From an uncultured bacterium (GTDB lineage Bacteria > Chloroflexota > UBA5177 > JANWHV01): a stretch of DNA of 64,000 nt. Positions 30,142-39,434 of this stretch are shown piece by piece; the first letter of the stretch is position 1, and each line of letters begins with the position of its first letter. The position numbers and the translations under genes were made by a program. The notes beneath the pieces were generated by a model. It searched no databases and was not told the origin of the DNA. It saw only the letters and a list, made by a program, of their open reading frames with translations. The DNA lies in contig CAVSOU010000010.1 in the NCBI GenBank assembly GCA_963729625.1, positions 192,001 to 256,000 of the forward strand, in the 5' to 3' direction.

Positions 30142-31404
30142 ATGCCATTAAACCAACCGCGGAGCATCACTCGACCTGACGCGAGCGCCGTCGATCCGCT
30201 CGTGACCGGCCACTTCGGGCCGTACGGCGGGCAGTTCGTGCCGGAGACACTGATGCCCGCTCTGGCCGAGCTTGTGAGCGCGTTTCGTGACGCGAAGGAC
30301 GACCCAGACTTCACTCAACGGCTTGCCGAGCTGGAGCGCACGTACGTCGGCCGACCGACGCCGCTGTACTACGCACGGCATCTCACGGAGCGCATCGGCG
30401 GCGCACGCATCTACCTGAAGCGCGAGGACCTTGCCCACACGGGCGCGCACAAGGTCAACAACGCCCTCGGCCAGGGGCTGCTCGCGGCTCGGATGGGAAA
30501 GAGACGCATAATCGCGGAAACCGGCGCCGGGCAGCACGGCGTGGCAGCGGCCACCGTGTGCGCCATGCTTGGTCTCGACTGCATCGTGTATATGGGTGAG
30601 GAGGATATTCGTCGCCAGTCCCTGAACGTCTTGCGGATGAAGCTCCTCGGGGCCGAAGTACGGCCCGTGCGCTCCGGAACAGCGACCTTGAAAGACGCCG
30701 TGAACGAAGCGATTCGCGACTGGGTTACCAATGTGCGCGACACGTATTACATGATTGGCTCAGTCATTGGGCCCCACCCGTACCCGATCATGGTGAGGCA
30801 CTTCCAGAGCGTGATCGGGCTGGAAGCGCGGGCACAGATGATCGAGGCAATTGGAAGTCTGCCGAACATCGTGGTCGCGTGCGTCGGCGGCGGAAGCAAT
30901 GCCATGGGTATCTTCCACCCGTTTGTAGGTGACAGTCTGGTCCAGCTAATCGGCGTCGAGGCAGCGGGAGAAGGAATTGACTCAGGCAAGCACTGTGCGA
31001 CGCTTGTGTCGGGCGTGCCGGGAGTGCTGCACGGGACGAAAAGCTACCTCCTGCAGGATGAAGACGGACAGGTCAGTACCACGCACAGTATCTCGGCGGG
31101 ACTGGATTACCCCGGTGTCGGACCGGAGCACAGCTATCTCAAAGACATCGGCCGGGCCACGTACGTCGCGGTGGACGACACGTCCGCCCTGTCCGCGCTG
31201 CGTCTGCTGAGCGAGACCGAAGGCATCATTCCGGCGTTGGAAAGCGCGCACGCAATCGCCTACGCCGCGCACCTCGCGCAGGGTCTGACTGCTGAGGACA
31301 CACTGCTGGTCAATGTCTCAGGCAGGGGCGACAAAGATCTGGACACCGTTGCGCGGTACCTCGGCATTTCGCTTGGCCTTGAACCCGACCAGGGAGCACT
31401 GTGA
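30142..31404 (+). CDS. trpB: Tryptophan synthase beta chain
   Basis: [41 protein letters not shown]. Confidence 0.98.
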   Translation: MPLNQPRSITRPDASAVDPLVTGHFGPYGGQFVPETLMPALAELVSAFRDAKDDPDFTQRLAELERTYVGRPTPLYYARHLTERIGGARIYLKREDLAHTGAHKVNNALGQGLLAARMGKRRIIAETGAGQHGVAAATVCAMLGLDCIVYMGEEDIRRQSLNVLRMKLLGAEVRPVRSGTATLKDAVNEAIRDWVTNVRDTYYMIGSVIGPHPYPIMVRHFQSVIGLEARAQMIEAIGSLPNIVVACVGGGSNAMGIFHPFVGDSLVQLIGVEAAGEGIDSGKHCATLVSGVPGVLHGTKSYLLQDEDGQVSTTHSISAGLDYPGVGPEHSYLKDIGRATYVAVDDTSALSALRLLSETEGIIPALESAHAIAYAAHLAQGLTAEDTLLVNVSGRGDKDLDTVARYLGISLGLEPDQGAL

Positions 31405-32222
31405 TGGCTGCCGCACTTGAGTTCGAGAACGCCCTCGACAACAGTCTGCAGGCATTGCGCGATGCATCGAGCCTGGCATTGGTCATGTATCTGACGGCAG
31501 GCTATCCCGACGCCGCCAGCACGCGGCGCTGGGGTCCGCTGGTGGTCGAAAGCGGCGCCACAATCGTGGAACTCGGCGTTCCATTCTCCGACCCTCTTGG
31601 CGACGGTCCCACGATCCAGCGCTCAAGCCAGCGCGCGCTCGCCGGTGGCATGTCATTGCGCGGCAGCCTGGAGATCGCCGCCTCCATTCGCGCAAAGTCG
31701 AGCGCTCCGGTCGTCATGATGAGCTACTTCAATCCAATCCTGCGCATCGGCGCCGCGACGTTTGCCGAGGCCGCGGCGGCAACTGGTGTTGCCGGGGTGA
31801 TCGTTCCCGATCTGCCGGTTGAAGAGGCAGACGACCTGCGTGGCGCGCTTGCCCGGTCGGGCGTGCATCTCATCTATCTGCTTTCTCCCCAGTCGACGAC
31901 AGCGCGTATTGAGGCGACCGCGAAGGTAGCCGGAGGGTTCATCTATTGCATGGCGCTCACCGGGGTTACTGGCGCGCGCGCGAGTTTAGCCGAAGACTTG
32001 CCGGGCTTTCTGGCACGCGTTCGATCGCTGACCGCGGTACCATTGGTTGTTGGGTTCGGCATCTCGAGGCCCGAACATCTCGCGCGGCTGCGCGGAGTGG
32101 CCGACGGAGCGGTCGTAGCCAGCGCGCTGGTCGACCTAATCGACAACACACGGGAGCAGGAGAGGGATACTGCAATCGCCGCATTCGTGAGGGAGTTGCA
32201 CGCGTCATGCTCCGCTTCCTGA
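31401..32222 (+). CDS. trpA: Tryptophan synthase alpha chain
   Basis: [27 protein letters not shown]. Confidence 0.96.
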   Translation: MMAAALEFENALDNSLQALRDASSLALVMYLTAGYPDAASTRRWGPLVVESGATIVELGVPFSDPLGDGPTIQRSSQRALAGGMSLRGSLEIAASIRAKSSAPVVMMSYFNPILRIGAATFAEAAAATGVAGVIVPDLPVEEADDLRGALARSGVHLIYLLSPQSTTARIEATAKVAGGFIYCMALTGVTGARASLAEDLPGFLARVRSLTAVPLVVGFGISRPEHLARLRGVADGAVVASALVDLIDNTREQERDTAIAAFVRELHASCSAS

Positions 32223-33463
32223 CCGCTGGAGAGTCGCACGGCCCGCAGCTGACAGTTATCGTCGACGGCTACCCTGCCGGTGTGCCCATTGACGCAGCGT
32301 ATATCGACGGTCATCTTGCGCGGAGACAGCAGGGTCACGGGCGAAGCGAACGGCAAAAGATGGAGCGCGACCGCGCCGCGATCGTTGGTGGCGTCCGCGG
32401 TGGGCTCAGCCTGGGCGGCCCAATCGCCGTGACCATCAACAACCTTGTCTGGAAGGACTGGCAGACGCGCATGTCGGTCACCCCGGCGGACCTGGGTGAC
32501 CAGGTCACGCGGCTTCGTCCCGGACATGCCGATCTTGCAGGCTCGCTGAAATACGGGCACAGCGATGTGCGGAACGTGCTCGAGCGCGCGAGCGCGCGCG
32601 AGACCGCCGCACGCGTAGCGGTAGGTGCGCTGGCAGGCCTGTTGCTGGATCAGTTCGGCATCGTCGTGTACTGCCACACCCTCTCGATCGGCCCCGTGGC
32701 GGCGCCTGTCTTGCCGGAGCGATACCAGGTAGGCGTGCCTGGACACACGCCGAGCAGCGAGTGGCAGAGTCTGTGGGATGCAGTCGAGGAATCGCCGGTA
32801 CGGTGTGCCGACCCGGAATGCGGACGTCGTATGGTTGACATAATTGACGAGGCCAAAGCGGGCGGATTCACGTGGGGAGGGGTGGCTCAGGTCGTGGCGT
32901 ACAACGTGCCGGTCGGCCTCGGCAGTCACACGCAGTGGGACCGCCGTCTGGACACCGCACTGGCGGCCGCGCTGATGAGCATTCCGTCGGTAAAAGGGGT
33001 GGAAATCGGCACCGGCTTCGCGTCCGCCGCAAGTCCCGGCAACCAGGTGCACGACGTGATCCGGCATGGCGGACCCGCGGGCTGGACACATCTCTCCAAC
33101 CGGGCGGGAGGTGTTGAAGGCGGCATCAGCAACGGAGAGCCGGTGATCGTGCAGGCTGCATTCAAGCCGATAGCCACGATGCGCCATGCGCTTCCGTCCG
33201 CCGATCTCAGGACGGGCCAGGACGTGACCGCGCACTATGAGCGCTCGGACACGTGCGTGGTGCCCGCGGGCGCCGTAGTTGCCGAAGCAATGGTGCGATG
33301 GGTGCTCGCCTGCACCCTGCAAGAAAAATGCGGAGGAGATTCGCTGAAGGAAATGCGACGCAACTACAAGGGATTCATCGACGAGCAGCGAGAAAGAGTT
33401 CCAGTCGAACAGGTTCGCGACGGAAACCAGCAGTCGGGAGGCAGCGGTGCAGAGCGTCTTTAG
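32207..33463 (+). CDS. aroC: Chorismate synthase
   Basis: TAGESHG, RPGHAD, ERASARETA, GGISNG, ERSD. Confidence 0.97.
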   Translation: MLRFLTAGESHGPQLTVIVDGYPAGVPIDAAYIDGHLARRQQGHGRSERQKMERDRAAIVGGVRGGLSLGGPIAVTINNLVWKDWQTRMSVTPADLGDQVTRLRPGHADLAGSLKYGHSDVRNVLERASARETAARVAVGALAGLLLDQFGIVVYCHTLSIGPVAAPVLPERYQVGVPGHTPSSEWQSLWDAVEESPVRCADPECGRRMVDIIDEAKAGGFTWGGVAQVVAYNVPVGLGSHTQWDRRLDTALAAALMSIPSVKGVEIGTGFASAASPGNQVHDVIRHGGPAGWTHLSNRAGGVEGGISNGEPVIVQAAFKPIATMRHALPSADLRTGQDVTAHYERSDTCVVPAGAVVAEAMVRWVLACTLQEKCGGDSLKEMRRNYKGFIDEQRERVPVEQVRDGNQQSGGSGAERL

Positions 33464-34430
33464 CGGCATCCAGCCAACCGGTCAATTGCATCTCGGCATA
33501 TATTACGGCGCGATGAAAAACTGGGTGCAATTGCAGGACAGCTATGACTGCATTTACTGCATCGTGGACCAGCACGCGCAAACCATCGAGTACGATCCCT
33601 CCACGATGCAGCAGCGTATTCTCGACGCGGCCTGCCTGTATCTGGCCAGCGGACTGGACCCTGCGAAATGTGTGCTGTTCGTGCAATCGCACGTCAAGGA
33701 GCATACCGAGCTGGCGTGGTACCTGGGAACAATCGCGTCGCTTGGTCAGCTCGAGCGGATGACGCAGTTCAAGGACAAAGCGGAGCAGCATGGATCCGCG
33801 AACCTTGGCTTGCTCGCCTACCCCGTGCTCATGGCAGCGGATATCTTGCTGTACAGGGCGGCATTCGTACCAGTTGGCGAGGATCAAACGCAGCACCTCG
33901 AGCTGACCCGAGATCTCGCCGAGCGATTCAACTCGCGGTTCGGCGACGTGTTCGTAGAGCCCCGGATTCTGCTCACGAGAGGAAAGCGGATCATCGGCCT
34001 TGACAACCAGGGCAAGATGAGCAAAACGAAGCCGGACCATACCAGCATCGCCATGATCGACCCGCCCGATGTTGTGTGGCAGAAGATTCGACCGTCGGTC
34101 ACGGACCCCGCGCGAGTGCGGCGAACCGACCCCGGCGATCCGAACAAGTGTCCGATCGGCCTCCTGCATTATGCGCTGTCGAGCGCCGAGGACATCGCCT
34201 GGGTTGAGCATGGCTGTACGACGGCCTCCATCGGCTGTATCGACTGCAAGAAGCGATTGGCCCAGAATATCGACAACGAGATGGGACCGATCAGGCGGCG
34301 CTACGAGGAGCTGCAGGCAACACCGGACCTTGTGCGGGACATCTTGCGTGACGGTGCCGATCGTGCGCGCGCCATCGCGTCGTCGGTCATGGAAGACGTG
34401 CGAGCCAGCATGGGTATGAAGCCGTTGTAG
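33447..34430 (+). CDS. trpS: Tryptophan--tRNA ligase
   Basis: [32 protein letters not shown]. Confidence 0.96.
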   Translation: MQSVFSGIQPTGQLHLGIYYGAMKNWVQLQDSYDCIYCIVDQHAQTIEYDPSTMQQRILDAACLYLASGLDPAKCVLFVQSHVKEHTELAWYLGTIASLGQLERMTQFKDKAEQHGSANLGLLAYPVLMAADILLYRAAFVPVGEDQTQHLELTRDLAERFNSRFGDVFVEPRILLTRGKRIIGLDNQGKMSKTKPDHTSIAMIDPPDVVWQKIRPSVTDPARVRRTDPGDPNKCPIGLLHYALSSAEDIAWVEHGCTTASIGCIDCKKRLAQNIDNEMGPIRRRYEELQATPDLVRDILRDGADRARAIASSVMEDVRASMGMKPL

Positions 34431-34486
34431 CGGTCCATAGCGCGAGGAATTGCCTGCGGGCGTCGACGGTGGTAGTATAACGGGCA

Positions 34487-34563
<77 letters not shown>

Positions 34564-34577
34564 GGGTTTCAAGGGTA

Positions 34578-34603
34578 AATGCCGGTCCAGACGGGCCGGC
34601 ATT
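34578..34603 (+). terminator. Hairpin after tRNA-Pro
   Basis: AATGCCGGTCC-AGAC-GGGCCGGCATT stem-loop; weak U-tract. Confidence 0.5.
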
Positions 34604-34759
34604 CGTGCGTATTGGCTGGAGAGTTGGAGAATTGGCGGATAGTAGCCCGCCGCCTGCGTGCGCGGGCATGGCATCTGAGTGGGCCGGGGTTCGACCGCGT
34701 TCCTGTCCAGTCGTGTCTAGGTCACGGCGCTCTCGTACCAGTTGGGAGTGTCTCGCGCC

Positions 34760-34804
34760 TTGACAGTCATGGAAAAGCTACATATAATGTAACTAAACCA
34801 TGAC
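34760..34804 (+). promoter_or_regulatory. Consensus promoter and inverted-repeat operator of the abiE-like TA operon
   Basis: TTGACA-17 nt-TATAAT (34760-34788), overlapped by the IR GTCATGGAAAAGCTACAT-ata-ATGTAACTAAACCATGAC (14/18 matches). Confidence 0.85.
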
Positions 34805-34807
34805 ATA

Positions 34808-35497
34808 TTGAGGAATGTGCAGAGGGCGCACGTGCAGGACACCACCAGGACAGAGGATAGCGGGACCGCGCCACGACCCGACCACCGTAGTCTGTGGTAC
34901 ATTGCCGCGGATCAGGGCGGGTATTTCACCGCGGACCAGGCGCAATCCTGCCACATCAGCCGGCGGATGCTCACCCACCACGCGCGCACCGGCCGCTACG
35001 AGCGGATCCGTCACGGTCTATATCGGCTGCGCGACTTCCCACCATCAGCGCATGAAGACGTGCTGGCGGGCTGGCTCGGGGTCGGTGCGGACCGGGGTGT
35101 CGTCTCGCATGAGAGCGCGCTCGCGCTCTACGACCTGACGGACGTGATCCCGAGCGCGGTGCATGTCACGGTGCCGCGCGCGCGGCGCTGGCTCGTGCCA
35201 CGCGAGGGCGTCGTCCTGCACACAATGACACAGCCACTGGCCGCGGACGACGTGGCGTGGCAAGACGGCATACGCCTCACGGCACCGGCGCGCACGCTTT
35301 TCGATGTCGCCGAGAGCGGGACAGCGCCCGAGCAGGTGATGCGGGGCGTCCGCACGGCCCTCGCGCGCGGCCTCGTCGTCGCCGATCAGCTGCGCTCGGC
35401 GCGCGACCGCTCCTCTCCCGGCGCGCGTCTGATCGCGCGCGCACTCGATGAGAGTGTCGCTCCTGACAGAGGCACCGAGGGGCAGCGTCCCATATGA
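34808..35497 (+). CDS. Type IV TA antitoxin, AbiEi family
   Basis: AADQGGYFT..QA wHTH, ERIRHGLYRL, VSHESAL, HVTVP, T.PARTLFD. Start may be GTG 34817 or later. Confidence 0.9.
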   Translation: MRNVQRAHVQDTTRTEDSGTAPRPDHRSLWYIAADQGGYFTADQAQSCHISRRMLTHHARTGRYERIRHGLYRLRDFPPSAHEDVLAGWLGVGADRGVVSHESALALYDLTDVIPSAVHVTVPRARRWLVPREGVVLHTMTQPLAADDVAWQDGIRLTAPARTLFDVAESGTAPEQVMRGVRTALARGLVVADQLRSARDRSSPGARLIARALDESVAPDRGTEGQRPI

Positions 35498-36411
35498 GGT
35501 ACCGCAGCGGTAGCCACTTCCGCGACGCGATCGAGGCCCACGTGCGCGCTCTGTCACAGGTGAGGCAGCGCACGCCGGAACGTCTCCGCAAGGAGATCAC
35601 GTTCGATCGGCTGCTTGCGCGGCTCCTGCACGTCGCGCCGGACCGCTGGGTGCTCAAAGGCGGCTTGGCCCTCGACCATCGGCTGGGAGACCGGGCACGT
35701 ACTACCAAGGACATGGACCTCGGCCGGCGCGACGACGTCGACGCCTCGACGAGCGACCTGCAGCGGGCCGCGGCCTTGGATCTGGGCGACTACTTCTCCT
35801 TCACAATTCGCCTGTCGAACGAGTTGCCGGATCTGCTTGAGGAGGGCGTTGCCGCCCGCTACCACGCTGCCGCAAGCCTGGGCGGCCGCATCTTCGAGAC
35901 CGTGGTCGTTGACGTCGGCTTCGACGCGCCCGCCCCGGAGCAGGTCGATCTTGTCCCTGGGCGTAATCTCCTCGCGTTCGCCGGTATCGCCGCCGTTCCG
36001 ATCCCGACGCTGCCGCTACCCCTGCATGTGGCCGAAAAGCTGCATGCGTATACCCGCGTCTACGGGGATGGCCGGCATGCGTCGACCCGGGTCAAGGATC
36101 TGGTCGATCTCGTGCTCATCGCGACATCCAGTACGCTCCGGGCAGGAGACCTCGCCGATGCGCTCACGCGAACATTCACCCGACGGGACACGCACCCGCT
36201 TCCGGAGGCTCTCCCCAAACCCCCTGGTGACTATTGGCCTCCGGCCTATGCCACGATGGCAGGGCGCGTTGGCCTGGACCCCTCGATCGATGCCGGACAC
36301 GCCGTGGCGGCAGCGCTGTTGGACCCAGTCTTGTCCGATAGCTGTGCAAGAGTCCTGGTGTGGCATCGTGACGCTGGCCGGTGGATGACGCCGGACGAGA
36401 GCGCAACCTAA
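35494..36411 (+). CDS. Type IV TA toxin, AbiEii/AbiGii nucleotidyltransferase
   Basis: WVLKGG, R.TKDMD, AEKLHA, TRVKDLVD; ATGA overlap with the antitoxin. Confidence 0.92.
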   Translation: MRYRSGSHFRDAIEAHVRALSQVRQRTPERLRKEITFDRLLARLLHVAPDRWVLKGGLALDHRLGDRARTTKDMDLGRRDDVDASTSDLQRAAALDLGDYFSFTIRLSNELPDLLEEGVAARYHAAASLGGRIFETVVVDVGFDAPAPEQVDLVPGRNLLAFAGIAAVPIPTLPLPLHVAEKLHAYTRVYGDGRHASTRVKDLVDLVLIATSSTLRAGDLADALTRTFTRRDTHPLPEALPKPPGDYWPPAYATMAGRVGLDPSIDAGHAVAAALLDPVLSDSCARVLVWHRDAGRWMTPDESAT

Positions 36412-36489
36412 CGACCTTGTCCTGGGGATCGCCCGACTCCCACCACTGCCCGTGGCGATCCGCATCTACCGGAGGGCGGCGCCGATCGG

Positions 36490-36810
36490 CACCATGTTGA
36501 GGAGGCGCTCGGGCTCGGATCAGGCCAAGACGCCTATCGTCTCGCCATCGCGGTAGCGCTCTCGAAGAATCTTCTGCCAACTCCAGAGGGAGTGCGGCGC
36601 ACAACGGCCTACAACGTCCATGGTGTCGATCCCGATGGAACTTTGAAGGCGGCCGTGCTCGCTCTACGGGGCGACCATCATGATCGGCCTTACGCGCTGA
36701 TCGAGCGACTGGCCGAAGCGGGGCTTCGCGATCTTGCGGGCTACCTTGATCAAGGGCTGCCACTGAGGAAGTATTTGGCTGCGCTCGTACCTCAGGCCGA
36801 TGGAGATTAG
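36490..36810 (+). pseudogene. 5'-truncated small protein, possibly DndE-like / phosphorothioation-associated
   Basis: Start-less reading frame EEALGLGSGQDAYRLAIAVAL...TAYNVHGVDPDGTLKAAV...PYALIERLAEAGLRDL; family link from memory only. Confidence 0.45.
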
Positions 36811-36889
36811 GACTGTTCGAGCTGGCTTCCACACCGTGTTTTGGCAAGGTAGTAAGCTGACGAGTCCGATGTCGGTGATTGTGCCGGCA

Positions 36890-37119
36890 GCTTCTTGTGG
36901 GGACCGGATAAGTGCACGGGACGGGTGCTGATCCTGGTTGGCTATTCGACCAGCGACGTCCAGCATGCGCACAAGTATCACGTCCACGCCACGGTGTCCG
37001 CCATAGAACGCTGCCAGTACTGCGTGGGCTACGAGAATAACCTGCCCATCTACGTCCTGACCAAGCCGGCCGGCCTGGCCTTCGCGAAGCTATGGGGATC
37101 GCTCAAGTACTTTGACTGA
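36890..37119 (+). pseudogene. C-terminal fragment of a GT39/ArnT-like membrane glycosyltransferase
   Basis: FLWGP...ENNLPIYV...LWGSLKYFD is a typical C-terminus; no N-terminal part present. Confidence 0.6.
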
Positions 37120-37242
37120 GCGCTCCGACGCTGCCGTGCCTCGCTTTTGCCCGCCCACTTTGGTTATCTGGCTTCTCCTCAGTCGAGCATGCGCCAGTAC
37201 GTCCGATCTCACTCGTCACGTACGGCTGCGGGACGTTCCACC

Positions 37243-38412
37243 CTAATGGATTGTGTCTCCGAGCCGGCTCTCGTCGATTGACACGCCGAGGCCGGGTCCG
37301 ATCGGCACCGGCAGACAGCCGTCCTCAAGCGGCAAGGCAAGCCGGGTGTCGTCGGGCGGAAGCAGCAGATTCGGATGAAGGGCAAGTTCGGTGAACTCAA
37401 CGGCGCCGGAGACCGCGACGGACGAGGCCGCGAGGTGAAGCTTCGCGGCGCCCTCAAGCCCCAGCCCCCACGCGGTGCCGAGGACGCAGCCGACTCCGGC
37501 TGCCTCCGCGATGGCGATGATCTTCCGCGCGTTGGCGAGACCACCGGCCTTGCCGAGCTTCACGTTGAGGACATCTGCCGCCCCGCAGCGTACGATCTCG
37601 AAGGCGTCCTGCGGCGTATAGCAACTTTCGTCAGCCTCAATCAGGGTGTCGACGCGACTCCGGACGTACGCCATGCCGCGAAGATCCCATGCGGGCACAG
37701 GTTGCTCCAGCAGTTCCAGCCCAACCCCGAGCCTCTCCGCGACCTTGCAGAGCGTCACTCCTTCCTTTGGCGTGTAGCCCTGGTTTGCGTCGGCGCGGAG
37801 CGAGATATCGGGACCGACCGCGTCACGAATGACCTTTAGCGCGTGCGCGTCCTGGACCGGATCGCCGCCTATCTTTGCTTTGAAGGCGCGGACGCCGAGA
37901 GCCATAAGACGCACGCATTCGTCAGCCATCTGCTGCCCCGGCCCGGCCGCGATCTCGATTGCCACCAGCACACGTGTGCGCTCGGTGCCGCCAAGCAGGG
38001 CGCTGACGGAAACGCCGCGGGCACGGCCAATCAGGTCGTGCAGCGCGAGGTCGATCCCGCTGATGGCGCAGGACTGGCCACGGTAGTCGATCACGTGCAG
38101 AAGTTCGTCTCGGTGGAACGGGTCCCGCCCGACGAGCTGGGGGCCAAGATAGTCGCGGATCGCGGCGGCCACGCCTTCGACCGTGTTCCCGAAGAACCCG
38201 ATGTCGGCCTGCGCTTCGCCAAAACCCACGTGGCCGTCGTCCGTCTCGATACGCACGACGACGTACTCGAGAAGCGGTCCGGGTCGCTTCGGGGTGATGC
38301 GGCTGCGGCGGCCGTGCCAGTGAATCTTCGTTCCGTACCCGGCTGTGGCGTAGGGCGCCGATGGGATCGGGAGCACTACCTCTTGCGCGGTCACCTGCGT
38401 GATGCGCGTCAT
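37243..38412 (-). CDS. Enolase-superfamily enzyme (MLE / dipeptide-epimerase-like subgroup)
   Basis: VRIETDDG..GFGE, GIDLALHDL.G, KAK, DANQG, EQP, DES, NVKLGKAGG. Confidence 0.9.
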   Translation of the reverse strand: MTRITQVTAQEVVLPIPSAPYATAGYGTKIHWHGRRSRITPKRPGPLLEYVVVRIETDDGHVGFGEAQADIGFFGNTVEGVAAAIRDYLGPQLVGRDPFHRDELLHVIDYRGQSCAISGIDLALHDLIGRARGVSVSALLGGTERTRVLVAIEIAAGPGQQMADECVRLMALGVRAFKAKIGGDPVQDAHALKVIRDAVGPDISLRADANQGYTPKEGVTLCKVAERLGVGLELLEQPVPAWDLRGMAYVRSRVDTLIEADESCYTPQDAFEIVRCGAADVLNVKLGKAGGLANARKIIAIAEAAGVGCVLGTAWGLGLEGAAKLHLAASSVAVSGAVEFTELALHPNLLLPPDDTRLALPLEDGCLPVPIGPGLGVSIDESRLGDTIH

Positions 38413-39434
38413 GGTTCGACCTTGAGGCGATGGGCGTTCTCGGCGAAAGCAACGAGAAGCGCACAGGTGGCGTCGAGATCCCGTGCCGCGCAAATCTGCA
38501 CCGTTGAGTGCATGTAGCGCACAGGCGCGCCGACTGTCGTGACGAGGGCCCCTCGGCCCGTGCGCTGCAATGCAGACGCGTCCGTGCCGCCGCCAATGTT
38601 GCGCTGTATCGGGATCCCTCGCTCCGACGCGACAGCAAGGAGCAGGTCGATGACCTGCCGATTGCCGATCGTAAGGCGATCCATCATGTAGATGCCGGCG
38701 CCCTCGCCCAGACTGCATGTCTGCTCCTGCGGCTTCGAATACGCACTCTGGCACAGGCTGCCGTCGATGGCCAGCCCGATCTGCGCCTCGATAGCGGCGG
38801 CGGCGACAGTAGCGCCGCGCACGCCCACCTCCTCCTGCACGGTGCTGACGGCATAGACATCCACGGCCGTGTCGCCAAGCTCGGTCATCGCCTGCAGCAG
38901 GCAATAGAGTCCGACCCGGTCGTCGAAGTTCCGGCCCATGTAGATCCCGTCCCGAAGCTCGACGAACTCTTGCGCGTACGTTATCGGGTCTCCAGGACGG
39001 ACCAGGCGCTTGACTTCGTCGACTGGCAGCCCGAGGTCGATACGGAGGCTGTTCAGTGCGGGCGTCGACTCGGGCTCGTCCATCTTCGGCGCGACGACGC
39101 CGTGCACGGGCTCAACGCCGTGCACGACCACGTGCTGCGAGACCGTTGAAGGCGCGTGGATCCCGCCGATAGCGTCGAAATACACGTATCCGTGGTCGTC
39201 GACGTATCTGACCATCAGTCCAATTTCGTCCGCGTGCGCCATCAAGGCGAGGCGAAGCGGTTGGTCTTTGGACGCACGCGTCGCCTTCTTCACGCCGATA
39301 ATATTGCCCAGCCGGTCTCGTTTGACTTCGTCGCAGGTCAGTCTGAGGCTTTCCGCCGCGATCTCCTGAACGGGCTCCTCGAACCCCGACGGGCCCGTCG
39401 CGTTTGCCAGTGCCCTGAGTAACTCAACGTTCAT
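38409..39434 (-). CDS. M42-family metallo-aminopeptidase
   Basis: GPSGFE, AHADEIG, DDR, QEEVG.RGA, GGTDA, RYMHS. Confidence 0.9.
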   Translation of the reverse strand: MNVELLRALANATGPSGFEEPVQEIAAESLRLTCDEVKRDRLGNIIGVKKATRASKDQPLRLALMAHADEIGLMVRYVDDHGYVYFDAIGGIHAPSTVSQHVVVHGVEPVHGVVAPKMDEPESTPALNSLRIDLGLPVDEVKRLVRPGDPITYAQEFVELRDGIYMGRNFDDRVGLYCLLQAMTELGDTAVDVYAVSTVQEEVGVRGATVAAAAIEAQIGLAIDGSLCQSAYSKPQEQTCSLGEGAGIYMMDRLTIGNRQVIDLLLAVASERGIPIQRNIGGGTDASALQRTGRGALVTTVGAPVRYMHSTVQICAARDLDATCALLVAFAENAHRLKVEP

